In this document: piece by piece, positions 1-12,741 of the stretch
Layout of the letters: every line of letters begins with the position of its first letter
Position numbering within the stretch: position 1 is the stretch's first letter
NCBI RefSeq assembly: GCF_001194135.2
Contig: NC_068999.1
Span: 40,766,679 to 40,830,678 of the forward strand
Origin: Octopus bimaculoides
Taxonomy: Eukaryota
Reading direction: 5' to 3'
Length of the DNA stretch: 64,000 bases
Position numbers and translations under genes: made by a program
The notes under the pieces: generated by a model
Seen by the model: the letters and a program-made list of their open reading frames with translations, nothing else
Told to the model about the DNA's origin: nothing
Databases searched by the model: none

Positions 1-2666
1 CTCTCTCTTTTTTCCTTTCTACCCCCATCTCGCTCTTCTCTCTATCTCCCTCCAATATCCCTCTATTTTCTTTCTCCATCTCCCTCACGTTTTCCACCAC
101 CTCTCCTTCCCCCTCTCTCTCTCTCTTCATTGCGACTCCATCTAGCCTTTTCCAAATTCTGAGGTTTCGCTATGAAACATTGATCAAGGACCAATATGAT
201 AAACGTTCCTGATTTAGACATGACCATGAATTACGAGCCAAGGAGTATAAGTGGGAGATATAATATAACCTCCCAGAGTCACTATTCTTGATCTCCGCTT
301 CAAACCATCATAAGAATAGAAAAAGTAAGAAACGAAACTGGAACATAAGATACATGAAGACACCGTTGTCAACTGCCTAACTTCACAAGCGACCCAGTGA
401 GGCAAAAAATCCCATGGCAAGTTTTCTGTTGCACAGTGTACATTATTTAATCTGTCCTTTATTCTATGACAGCAGTGTGTATATCCAAGTCCGATGTGGT
501 TACTATTTCGAATAGCTCGAACGACTGTAGATCTTGCTTCTTTGCTGTATGAAACACAACCTAATGTACACGAGGTTGTCTGTGTATTTTCACTGTTTTA
601 AATTTCATCCGAAAAGAATTTTTCTCTCTGAAGATTAGCGCAAATGTCACCTCTTGTTACTGACATATTCATCATATTCAAACAAAAAGAAAAAAAAGAA
701 AGAAAAAGAACAAAGAAATATTGTTTTGGCACAACATGGCTAACATAAATCTTAATAAAATAGTTCATGAGGATATAAATTAAATTCAATATCAGGAATA
801 TAAACTAGAACATTGTGACGTAATGCTCGGTCATGCAACCTAATATATATATACATATATATATACGTGTGTATACACTCTCACTGACACACACATACAT
901 ACATACGCTCACCTTCTCATATTGACACAATCAGCAAATTTTCAGAATATATGAACTATAACCGATTGAATAGTTTTGTAGTTTTATTGATCTCCGCTTC
1001 ACGAGAAATGAAAATGGAAGATGACCTCTCGAGATAGTTTGCGCAACATTGTTGTTTGAGCCACTCAAGTGATTTTATTGTTGGCAATTCTACTGTTAGA
1101 GCGGTTCCCATCTCTTTCGTATGGTGAACCCAGCTTGGAAAACTGATAATCCGCAACGGCAGCCATTATAATAACATTTTTTTTAATATTAATATATTCA
1201 AAAGTGTCGCGTTAACAGTTAATTATTTCTTTTTATTTTCTTAGGGAAATATTGTTTAGTTTTTGTTTAAGTTAAATATTATGTTGTAGCCATTATGCCA
1301 ACAACTTATATTTATGATCTCCGTTCATTTAAACATTTTATCAAAATGTTTAAAGAGTAAAAGGTTTGGTTTTATGTCTCTTTTATGAATAATATCAATA
1401 TTCAATTTCCACTGCGACTAACTGGATATAGATATGCTTGTGTGTGCATGCATTTTTCTGTAGCATATTCGTGTTTTAAGGACTTTATTTTGGAAAGTGC
1501 TTGTGACATACGCATGATAACACACACAAACAACCAATTCACATATTCCGGCATATAACACATCTTAATGGACGTACACTGCATGTCCGAGAAATTAAAG
1601 CTCTTACCTTCGATCGTTCATCGAAATTTTGATCAGTTAATACAAAGTAAATTAATATTTCCATTCATTTTTTATTTCAATTTAAATCCAAACCCTTTCC
1701 CACTGATTAGATTTGGCATTAATCCCTGATCTCCATATATATTTCAAATCCCACCCTCATTAATTAAAAATATAAGCTCTCGATATGCTATACTTATAAA
1801 ACAAACAAAAAGCATGTTTGAAACTGCTAAAAAAATGTCTGTTCAAAACTGGCCAGCAGCTAGACTATATTAACAGCAACAAGACTATGCATTTCAAAAA
1901 TGAGAAACTCTTACAAGAAGCGTAAATCTATTTGTGTTATTATTTTATTGCCTCCACACTCCAACAGAATTGTGTCTGTGACAAGTTATTGTTTATGACA
2001 CCGTTATTTGACCCCGGAACACAAGAGTGATTTTAAAGTAGATACTCCTGGATTTTTCTATATAAAATATCGTTTAACGCCTGCTTCTTGTTATTAAACA
2101 TAACAATAAGATTTGAAACAATATGCTTATACAGATGTCTACATCGCAGCTTCTGAAATTGCAGAGACAGGAGATTGTAGCTGGGTGCGCAACGTTTCAT
2201 CTTAAAAGCCAATTCCTTCTCCTATCGAGTATATTAGCGTTCCAGTTTGCTAAGCGCAGACATGGTTATAGGCGCAGGCTGTGTAATTAAGAAGTCTACT
2301 TCACAATCAAGGAATCCCGCGGTCAATCCTACCAGATCCGACACCAGGGCCAGATAAATATTGCAATTTCTGTATTGAAACCGATTACTACAACTTTGCC
2401 TCTCTTCATATGCATAGTGAAATAGGCTCACGCACACAAACATAAACAATGAACGAGAGAAATAGTAGAGTGTATCAAATGACCCCGATTGTTTATACAC
2501 ACATATAACGTAAATGGATATAGATAAATGGGTGTATATAGGTATTTTATACAGGTCTGTGTTTATATTTGCGGTTACTTGTTTTGTATGTGGATGGGCG
2601 TTTCCTTGCGCTGCCTTGTAAACTTTCACAGAAATCGCATTGTTGCCGAGAATATATCCGATGCTG

Positions 2667-3008
2667 AGGTGGCGAGCTGTCAGGATCGTTAAGACGCCTG
2701 GCGAAATGCTTAGCGGTATTTCGTCAGTCTTTACGTTCTGAGTTCAAATTCCACCGGGGTGGGCAATAAAGAAATAAATATATCCGATGCTGAGGTGGCG
2801 AGCTGTCAGGATCGTTAAGAAGCCGGGCGAAATGCTTAGCGGTATTTCGTCAGTCTTTACGTTCTGAGTTCAAATTCCGCCGCGGTCAACTTTGCCTTTC
2901 ATCCTTTCGTGGTCGATAAATTAAGTACCAGTTGCATACTAGAGTCGATCTAACCGACTGGCCCCCTACCCCCAAAATTTCGGGCCTTGTGCATAGAGTA
3001 GAAAAGAA
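2667..3008 (+). mobile_element. SINE family A (tRNA-headed, Deu/Nin-like core), short tail, with duplicated 5' part
   Basis: The head AGGTGGCGAGCTG, B-box-like GAGTTCAAATTCC, core ACTTTGCCTTTCATCCTTTCGTGGTCGATAAATTAAGTACCAG and tail GGCCTTGTGC..AGTAGAAAAG are all shared with other copies in the window. A TSD-like AATATATC(CG/TC)ATGCTG lies at 2651-2666 and 3007-3022. Confidence 0.9.
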
Positions 3009-3694
3009 TATATCTCATGCTGTTGTTGATGTGCTACACATCAAACTTAATTGAACAGATAGGTGATCAGATGGAGTTGGCCAACAAAAATTATTCAAAT
3101 CAATCGATACAAACAATAGGATTAAAGATTATGTATGTAATCTATGCTATATTACTAAATTTAGTACCAGCTAATCTTGTTGTTGTAATCAGCTTCGATA
3201 TTGTTATTGTCTCCCTTCACTTCATCTGGTTTAGCCGACATTAATAGTTGAGATAGTTCAACCGTATTAATCATTGTCTTTTATTCAGACATATCTTTAT
3301 TATGTCTGTTGCGTAATACAATCCTAATTATTACAGACATGTGTTGGATATGATTTGCTGCAGACTTCACTACTATTTCTAACACGTCTATCTACCACAA
3401 GCATTTTTCTTCATTGGTTTTAATTCGAACCAGATTTTTGTTGCTGTCTACCCCACTCTCACTTTCTCATAATTTCTTTTTCTCCTTTCTCTCTTTCTCT
3501 CTCTCTCTATCTCTCTCTCCTATCCGCTCTTTAATCCAAGGATAATTAAAAATTAATCAACGAGAATCTTCAGGAAGATGTGATTAATAAATGTCGATTC
3601 ATTAGAAAATCTAATATGAATGTTTGTTAAAAACAACTGAACAAAGGTCGCAATATCTATCTACCTGTCTGGCTATCTGTCTGTCTATCTATCT

Positions 3695-3837
3695 ATCTGT
3701 CTATCTATTCATTCTATTGGTGTCTTGTGCCGAACCGCTAAGTGACGGAGGCGTAAACACACCAACATCGGTTGTCAAACGATGGTGGGGTGCAGCAAAC
3801 TCAGACACACAAGCATATATATATATATATATATATA
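3695..3837 (-). mobile_element. SINE family B, 3' half, running into (TA)n and a gap
   Basis: GCCGAACCGCTAAGTGACGG...ACACCAACATCGGTTGTCAA matches copies at 6.27, 19.93 and 53.17 kb. Confidence 0.75.
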
Positions 3838-4358
3838 NNNNNNNNNNNNNNNNNNNNNNNNNNNNNNNNNNNNNNNNNNNNNNNNNNNNNNNNNNNNNNN
3901 NNNNNNNNNNNNNNNNNNNNNNNNNNNNNNNNNNNNNNNNNNNNNNNNNNNNNNNNNNNNNNNNNNNNNNNNNNNNNNNNNNNNNNNNNNNNNNNNNNNN
4001 NNNNNNNNNNNNNNNNNNNNNNNNNNNNNNNNNNNNNNNNNNNNNNNNNNNNNNNNNNNNNNNNNNNNNNNNNNNNNNNNNNNNNNNNNNNNNNNNNNNN
4101 NNNNNNNNNNNNNNNNNNNNNNNNNNNNNNNNNNNNNNNNNNNNNNNNNNNNNNNNNNNNNNNNNNNNNNNNNNNNNNNNNNNNNNNNNNNNNNNNNNNN
4201 NNNNNNNNNNNNNNNNNNNNNNNNNNNNNNNNNNNNNNNNNNNNNNNNNNNNNNNNNNNNNNNNNNNNNNNNNNNNNNNNNNNNNNNNNNNNNNNNNNNN
4301 NNNNNNNNNNNNNNNNNNNNNNNNNNNNNNNNNNNNNNNNNNNNNNNNNNNNNNNNNN

Positions 4359-4396
<38 letters not shown>

Positions 4397-4569
4397 CGCT
4401 TTGCGATTTGCTTTTAGGTACATACAATATCGATAGTGAGAGATGCACGTTGGAGATAGAAGTTACAAATACTTGCGTTGTCAATTTCTTATTATTTGTC
4501 TAAACAGCTGTCTTAAGACGATCATTTTAACTTTAATCGGGGAGCGACTCACTCCCTATATCACTTTCT

Positions 4570-4697
4570 ACATATCCCTCTCTTTTTTCCTCCCCACTCT
4601 CTCTCTCTCTCTCTCTCTCAATATGTCTGCTTCAATGTCTTCTCTCGTTACCTCTCTCTCTCTCTCTCACTCTTTCTATCTCTCTGTGTCTCCCTCC

Positions 4698-4737
<40 letters not shown>

Positions 4738-5109
4738 TTGTGTCTCTATCTCTTACATGCCCAAAGTTCTTTTAAATATTAAACTCCCTTTATTTGCCAA
4801 ACACTTTCTTTTTTTCTACTCTTCTATCTCTCCCTATTTCACTATCTCTCTATCTACCTCTTACTCCCCCCTCTTTCTCTCTTTGCTTCATTTTTTCTCA
4901 TTCTTTTTTTCTATTTCCCTCTCAATTCTGATTTCATTCTCTTCCTCATCACACGATAAATACACAAATGTGTATGTGTAATCTTTAAGCGGCAGAAGTT
5001 ACAAACTGACTCAAAAACCGAGAGCTAGCTACACAAATGGCCACCCCAATATACTATCTATCTATTTATCTATCTATCTGTTTTTCTATCTCTTTGTCGC
5101 TCTCTTTCC

Positions 5110-5173
<64 letters not shown>

Positions 5174-5460
5174 GTCTGTCTCGCTCTATCTCTTTCTTTT
5201 TGTCTCTGTCTGTCCCTACCTATCTATCTCGCTCACTCTATCTATCTTCGTCTCTCTCGCTCTCTCACTCTCTATATACATTTTTCACTGTCGCTTTCTC
5301 TCATTTTCTCCCCCCCCCTCTCTCTCTCTGCCTCCTTTCTGTCTTTCTGTCTCTCTGTCACGCTCTCGCCCACTCTCTTGCTCTTTTTCTGTCTCTCGCT
5401 CAATCTCTCTCTCTTTCTTGCGCATTATCTCTCCCTCTCTCCCTGTCTCTCCCCTTCTCT
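4570..5460. repeat. (CT)n-rich low-complexity tract
   Basis: Directly visible interrupted (CT)n and (CTAT)n runs. Confidence 0.95.
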
Positions 5461-6137
5461 CAGAGTACCTTCTATATCTTTCTAAATCTGAAAAATATTT
5501 CTGAATACCTAACAGAAAACATTCAGACAAATCTAGAATCACTCGCACCCATCACTCCCATAGCCTCACCCCGCTCGCCATCTCTTAAAACACATGAAGA
5601 ATACGATGGTGCCATTTAGATGAGAATCGATTCTCTGTGTGTCATAGATATGTCTTGGGATTAACTAGTAGAAAGAAAATATCTTCAGACTATAAAGTAT
5701 TTATGTATTTGTAGGTGCAGCTATGTATTATGTATATCTACACACACACGTATATATGTTTGCGCTTATGCAAATAAGAACCACTACATATACGTAATCT
5801 ACATATATACGCATAAATGGTTGTAAATATATGTATACATATATATACGCATTTATAAGTGCATATGAATATATGCATGTATAAGTAACATAAATATACA
5901 CGTAAATTTAAAGTGAAAAGTGCAAGTCGACCTCAGCAAGACTCGAACTCAGAATGTCGAGATACCAGCTAGGAATAGATAAGTAGGGAGTCGAGACAAA
6001 ATTATTTCGTAATATTTTAAGACATATATTTTGGTTTTCCTGTTCGTAAATATTTTATGAAAGATCAAAAAGATGGCTTTGTTGATGATGATGGTGATGA
6101 CGATTGATCTCTGACGGTGATGATGATGATGCTTATC

Positions 6138-6750
6138 CTTTTTTCTTGTTTGTCATTGGACTGCGGCCATGACGCAGCATCGCCTTGAAAGGTTTAGTCG
6201 AACAAATCGATCTCAGCACTTATTTTTTTTTTTTAAGCCTGGTAGGCACTTATACAATCGGTCTCATTTTTGCCGAACCGCTAAGTTACAAGGACAGACA
6301 ATCCAACACCAGTTGAAAAGCGGTGTGGAGGAGGGTACAAACGCGCGCACACATACACAGAAATACACACACACACACACACACACACACANNNNNNNNN
6401 NNNNNNNNNNNNNNNNNNNNNNNNNNNNNNNNNNNNNNNNNNNNNNNNNNNNNNNNNNNNNNNNNNNNNNNNAGTTGTATGAACAAAAGGCAAGTGTACT
6501 GGTTTGACGCTTGGGAAAGTGAGAAAGCCTTTTATGTTTCGAGCCTACGCTCCCCAACTGGAAAGAATGAGCAAATAAACAGAGAGAATGAAAGGAACTT
6601 GTAGATTTCACTGGTAGACACCCCCCACACACACACACACACCCACACACACACATATATATACGATGGGCTTCTACCAGTTTCTGGCTACCAAATCCAT
6701 AAGTAATTCTGGTGGCCCGGCGCTATAGTAGACACTTGCCCAAGGGTACT
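6138..6750 (-). mobile_element. SINE family B (CORE-like) with internal (CA)n and gap
   Basis: The 3' module is at 6138-6345 (GACTGCGGCCATG...CGCCTTGAAAGG). (CA)n and the gap 6392-6472 follow. The CORE-like part GACACTTGCCCAAGG (reverse complement of CCTTGGGCAAGTGTC) is near 6731-6745. Confidence 0.8.
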
Positions 6751-7049
6751 TAACTGGTATTTCATTTTGTCGATACACGTGTGATGAAAAATGATATATG
6801 GTATTTGAAGTTTGTATGTAGAACCGGAATTAATACGGTGAAATATTCTTCCCCACGATCTGGTGATTCTGTTAAATTACTACTCTTTGAATTTTTCAGT
6901 ATAAGATATGAAATTTAGGTAGAGGAGATGGTTTAATCAAGGGAATAAGGACCAGTATTCAACTGGTACATTATGTTATGGTCCCTTGGTTGACCTGTTA
7001 TTAAATATCCCAAAGCATTTTATCCGATGGTCTGTCAATCCTGCTAGTT

Positions 7050-7247
7050 TACAGCTCTTTAAATTTGTGCCCCCAGAAACCTAAAATTTGTGGGGGTGGA
7101 ATCGATTAAATTACCCTAACTATTTGACTAGTACTTTAAATTAGAGCTGTTAATGAAAATTGATCGCATCAGAACTTGAACTCAGAACGTAAATTCCTGT
7201 TATCAAATACCGTTTGTCATTTTCCCTGTACGCTAACGATTCTCTCT
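7050..7247 (-). mobile_element. SINE family A, diverged
   Basis: TTGAACTCAGAACGTAAA, AAATACCG and CGCTAACGATTCT are reverse complements of family A motifs. A more decayed piece lies at about 6880-6995. Confidence 0.7.
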
Positions 7248-8029
7248 GCAAACGATCGACATTGATTTAGTAGTAGAATGAGTAATAATTCCATTTAAAA
7301 TCGGTTTCTTACGTGATACACTTCATATTCGTTTACTGATAGATTATAATTAACGGTAATTAACCTCCACTTTAATTGGCATATGTTACTTAACAGATGA
7401 CAAAATCCCAGCAATTAATTGAATAACATTTAATCTGTTAATGCGCTAGATTTAGTTCTGAAATAACATAAGTCCTTTAGTGAGTCGGGGGTGTTTGGGG
7501 CAAATAAATATAGAAAATGTTGATACATGTGCGTTAAATATAATATTAATTCATCGACCTTGTCGGAAGAAAATTGCAGGAAAAGTGCCAAAAGTCAAAG
7601 CAGATTATGTCAGTTAAACTCTGCAAGAATATCTTCGTTTTCCTTGCTATTTATTCCTTCATGTTATTTAACTCCAAATCAGTTCTATATTCAAAAGCAA
7701 TTCAAACAAAGCCAAGTTTTACTATTTACCTATATTTATCACTAATTTCAGCAATGCTCCTTTATTTTGTAGGACTGTTAACCTTTTATTTGACGGAAAT
7801 TTGGCTGCTATTTCCAGCATGTATAGTGATTATACTTACGTTATTTTCTCGATTCTAAATGTGCTGGAAAGCACGACATGCTGCCAGATAATCTGGGCCC
7901 AGTGATCCGTCACACATTACGTTTCTATATTTCACCTAGTGTGAAACCAATCAACGTATCGCGGGACGGGGCAGGCCAGCGCGCGGGGTTCGCTCCACGT
8001 TACATAATTATAAGAAATGTCTCCTCTGC

Positions 8030-8200
8030 TTCGTGTGACTGTGTGTGGCTGTGTGATAAGAAGTTTGCTTCCTATTCACACGGTTCTTGGTTCATTCCCA
8101 CTGCATGGCACTCTGGACAAGCTTCGTGAGTGGATTTTGTAGATGTAAACTGAAATAGGCCTGTGTGTGTTTTATGTATGTGTTCTAACGATTCTGCTAG
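8030..8200 (+). mobile_element. SINE family B, 5' part
   Basis: GTGGCTGTGTGATAAGAAGTTTGCTTCC...GGTTCATTCCCACTGCATGGCACTCTGGACAAG...GTGAGTGGATTTTGTAGATGTAAACTGAAA, then a TG-rich stretch. Confidence 0.75.
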
Positions 8201-8582
8201 CTTGCTGCCATAAAATGCTCATTAATATACGTGTGTGTGTGTGTGGATTTTAATCAAGATAGCAAACATTAAACAAATTTATGAAACAATATATGAGGTG
8301 ATAAATATATTTAGAATACAATTTTGATTTGTTTCGTCTTCTTTTGCTTTTAAATGTTAATATGGAGAGAAGGAAAACCGCTCATAGACATTTTGTCTTG
8401 TGTTTTACAACTAAGGAATACATACACTAACAAAGGAACCGAACGTGTTGTATGGTATAAACAGCAGACGCTGCTGTGTCGTGCGTTTAATTGTAGTAAC
8501 AGGATTCAACGGACAAGACACCAACTGATCTACATAAATACTTCCGTTCTATTATAATTGCTAGTTGCAAATAATAGTTGAA

Positions 8583-8790
8583 AACGTCCATTTTAAAGCT
8601 TTTCATGTTAGTTATAGGATTATCTTGTATTTTGAATTGTACAAGCATAATCACGTTAAAATATTGCTGTAGTTTGTCGTTCTGATTTGATCCTGTTAGT
8701 TAATCTTCTATTGTACTTAGCGAATAGTTACTGTGATTTTTACGTGCACATCATACAACCCAAGAACGTTTCTAAATATTTCATGTTTGA
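8583..8790 (+). repeat. Local duplication, copy 1 (pairs with 10649-10863)
   Basis: 8583-8727 vs 10649-10793 align without gaps at 126/145 identity by manual count. A second block is 8765-8790 vs 10838-10863. Confidence 0.9.
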
Positions 8791-9554
8791 TTTTGCCGTG
8801 TATATAACTGACGTATACAAATAGGTATAGTATCTCACTGTGGCTTGATGCAAATTACTGTGAACATCTTAATACTGAGGCTTTAGACAAAAATACTTAA
8901 CAGTTTTGAATCCAATTTTATGTTTTAAGTTCACTTCCCGCCCATCCAGATCACCATTGCCTTTCATCCTTCTGGGGTCGGTAAATAAAGCATCAGTGTA
9001 GAGATAGTGAACAGACCAAATGAATGGTTGTATTTGTACCTCTTCTTTAGGTCATGAATTCAAATCCCGCCATGGTCTGTTCTGTGACTAAATTTAATGC
9101 AACACCTGGCTTAGCATAAGATACTTGAGTACATAAATGGAGTCCACTCCTACGATAATCTGAGTCTGGTCTCCGATTTAAGAATATCTTCCTGTCTCTC
9201 TCTCACGAGTTACGGGCGCTCTGTAAAGGGGTATAGGTATTACCCTCCCCGCTAATTCAGCAGTAATATTGTTTAAAGACATATTAAAATATACTAAGAG
9301 ACTGTGTTATAATCCTGGTTACAAACATAATCAGAGATTGTACACTACAATTAGTTTGAATTACGTTAAGTTTCAGGTAGTTTCAGTTAGCTTCTAATAG
9401 TTGATGGCTGCTTTTTCAATTAATTTCACCCAATGCTTCAAAATCTCTGTGACATTGCTATACGCAGTAAAATATACACTTACCTGTGTATAAAAATGGA
9501 TGGATATGAGTAGTCGCAAATGGGATGTCGCTTATTCTTATAGATGATAGAGAG

Positions 9555-9880
9555 ATAAACTGGCTCTTCGCGCGATACGACGATGTGGGTTCTAGTCGAC
9601 CCGATCAACGGAGTAGCCTGCTCGTGAAATTAAAGTGCGTGTGGCTGAGCACTTCACAGACATGCGTACTCTTAAGGGTAGTTGTTAGGGAGATTCATGG
9701 TGACACAGAATGTGACTAGGCTGGTCCTTTGAAATACAGGTACAGCTCATATTTACCTGCTGAGTGGGCTGGAGTAATGTGGAATAAAGTGTCTTGCTCA
9801 ATGACAGAATGTGTCGTCGGGAATCGAACTCACAACCTTACAATAGTGAGCCGAAAACCTTAACCACTAAGCCACTTGAC
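9555..9880 (-). mobile_element. SINE family C (tRNA-headed)
   Basis: On the minus strand: A-box-like TGGCTTAGTGG, B-box-like GTTCGATTCCC, then TTGAGCAAGACACTTTATTCCAC and CCAGCCCACTCAGC. Related to 35187-35345 and 52330-52480. Confidence 0.8.
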
Positions 9881-9984
9881 TCTCTTCAGATAGAGGGCAT
9901 AAGAGACAATAACAACCACAACATGAGTTACATTTATAATCACACTGAGTCTCTACAGCAGTCACTTGATCGTTTAGAAATATC

Positions 9985-10340
9985 AAACACAGGCGCAGGC
10001 GTGGCTGTGTGTTTCAGAAGCTTGATTTACAACCACCTAGTTTCGAGTTCAGTTCCACTCCGTGGTACCTTCTGCAAGTATCTTGTTCTATATTCCCAGG
10101 CTTTATGGGGGAATTTGTTGGCCAGAGACTGTGCGGGATCCTGTCTATATGTGTACATGTTTGTGTTTATTTTCTTATTTTGCAACCGGTGTTGATTTGC
10201 CTACGTCTTCGTAACATAGCGGTTCAACAAAAACATGTCGATTGAATAAGTACCGGACTTAAAATTAAGTATCGATTTCTTTGAGTAATTCCCTTCAAAA
10301 CGGCGCCCCAGGATGACCGGAATCTAATGCCTTGAAAGTA
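9985..10340 (+). mobile_element. SINE family B, near full length, diverged
   Basis: Head GGCGTGGCTGTGTG, then CORE-like GGTACCTTCTGCAAGT, a short TG-rich middle, and a 3' module ending GGCGCCCCAGGATGACC. Confidence 0.75.
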
Positions 10341-10648
10341 GATAAATCTCGCATAAATCGCACTCTGTCTTAAAGAAGGAAAGTGGCTTATGTGGTCCTA
10401 AATCCTAGACAAAATGAGTAGGGATAGTCATTCTGGGATTATTTTCTCGATAGATTTGCTGAATCATTGCAGTCATAGACGTGAACAACAGCAATAACAA
10501 TTCATAGAGAGGAATAGATCACTGACCGTATGTTTTTATCTTCATAAAACCAAAGAAAAGCAACGTCGAAATCCTGATCAGCTCAGAGAGCCAAGATCAT
10601 TCATGGGAGACAAATAATATACGAAGATATATGATCGATGTAGTAGTT

Positions 10649-10863
10649 AACGTCCATTTTGAAGCTATCCATGTTAGTGATAGGATTATCTTGTATTTTG
10701 CGTTGTACATACGTAATCATGTTAAAATATTGCTGTGGTTTGACGTTCTCATATAATCCTATTGGTTAATCTTCTATTATACTTAGCGAGTAGATTCTTC
10801 TTTTATTTTTATATCTTTCTATATTATATAATGCACAAACATTTCCAAATATTTCATGTCTGA
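10649..10863 (+). repeat. Local duplication, copy 2
   Basis: See 8583-8790. The offset is 2066 bp. Confidence 0.9.
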
Positions 10864-11054
10864 TGTCTATGCCTTATATACATCATATATAAAGCTTGGA
10901 TGATTTCGATTTTACAACAAATCTTTCACTGCGATACTTATGGAATTTTCCACAGTTTCCGCATCTATGGAGGTGATGGTTCCACAGCAACTACGACTGG
11001 TGTGCTCGTAGTTGTAATAGCAGTAGAACCGTACTTGCAATATTAGTCCAGCAT

Positions 11055-11490
11055 TGTTGTTGTTATTATTGAGAGAACAGAGCATGCCATCAAAGTGACA
11101 CTGGGGTACAAACATACAAAGCCCAGTATAACCATCATGACTACCCGTCTGGTAAGGGTACACCAGGCTCATGCATCACAACCATAAGTGCGCGGATGGT
11201 GATCTCTTATCAAGATAAATAGCCCATGACCTTGCAACTGGGCCCAGTTACAATTTCCTTCAGGTCGAGAAGCCCATCCCACTCAAAAATTGTTTAAAGA
11301 TGTTCAATGAACTAACCATGTTTCCAGAAGTGAATTATTCAAACCCCAAAGAATTTCTCTCAACACATGACTGATTCCCCCAACCACTACCACTACTCCT
11401 GATCGTGATCAGCGAGGCACATATCGGTAGCCATTAAGCGACATGCTCAATTTGTTAAGGTCAAGCAACGGACACACAAATCTGTGGTAG
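11055..11490 (-). mobile_element. Unclassified retroposon-like dispersed repeat with (AAT/AAC)n tail
   Basis: A higher-complexity block that ends on the minus strand in a trinucleotide tail (11055-11070). It resembles an octopus repeat I recall, but there is only one clear copy here. Confidence 0.45.
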
Positions 11491-11738
11491 TGAGTAAAAT
11501 ATTTCACTGAATTACCTGTTCATCGACTTAGCATGTTACTAGCTCGAAAATTCCACAGAGGATTGAACAAATGTACTCACAACTTAATTCTCTTTTAGTG
11601 TCAGCGTGACACAATCTGTCACGTGGCTTGACCTTTAAATTAAGTTATTTGTTAATTGTCCGTTAATATGCATGTGTACGCCTTTGTACGCGTGTGGATG
11701 TAAATGTGTTTGTGTATACATGAGTACGTGTTTATGCG

Positions 11739-11786
<48 letters not shown>

Positions 11787-12519
11787 NNNNNNNNNNNNNN
11801 NNNNNNNNNNNNNNNNNNNNNNNNNNNNNNNNNNNNNNNNNNNNNNNNNNNNNNNNNNNNNNNNNNNNNNNNNNNNNNNNNNNNNNNNNNNNNNNNNNNN
11901 NNNNNNNNNNNNNNNNNNNNNNNNNNNNNNNNNNNNNNNNNNNNNNNNNNNNNNNNNNNNNNNNNNNNNNNNNNNNNNNNNNNNNNNNNNNNNNNNNNNN
12001 NNNNNNNNNNNNNNNNNNNNNNNNNNNNNNNNNNNNNNNNNNNNNNNNNNNNNNNNNNNNNNNNNNNNNNNNNNNNNNNNNNNNNNNNTATATATATATA
12101 TATATATATATATACGAAAAATTCTCAACCTATACATTATCTTTGTTTACAAATTAATTCTGGGAACTGTAAATTTTCATCTCCAAGACATGAGCAATCA
12201 GCATGAAGAACTGGCACTATCCAATCACGATTCATTGTTAATTAAACCATTATCAAATTTTTACATGCATATTATAACTTTCGTTTAATTAATATTGAGC
12301 AATATCGAGTATGTGGTAAGTCTTCCGGGCAAGATTGCTTTTCTCTTTTTTTATTGTCTACAAATGAAAATGTGAATCTAACCTGAGGAAATTCACTGCC
12401 TCGCATTTTTCAGACGCTTCTTTGCATTCCAGAGACTGCAGAAGCGAAATCGAAACTCCAATGCTTTGTTTTATTGTTTGATTTGTGTGTGGCTGTGTGT
12501 ATATGTGTACTTATATTCT

Positions 12520-12741
12520 AACTATTGGTTTCAAATTTTGGCATAAAGCCAGAAATTTTGGAGGAAGTTGTAAGTCGATTAAATCGGCCCCCAGTGCTCA
12601 ACTGGTACTAATTTTATCGACCCTGAAAGGCTGAAACGCAAAATTGACCTCTGCGGAATTTGAACTCAGAACGTAAAGACGGAAAAAATGCTGTGAAACA
12701 TATTGTTCGGTGTGCCGATGATTCGGCTTACTCGCCGCGTT
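12520..12741 (-). mobile_element. SINE family A, full length
   Basis: CTGGTACTAATTTTATCGACCCTGAAAGG...GCGGAATTTGAACTCAGAACGTAAAGAC...TCGCCGC is the reverse complement of family A. Confidence 0.85.

Noticed and set aside
8354-8557. CRAFNCSNR resembles a THAP zinc-finger N-terminus
   Set aside because: The downstream FP, W and CxxHF motifs are missing. It is likely chance.
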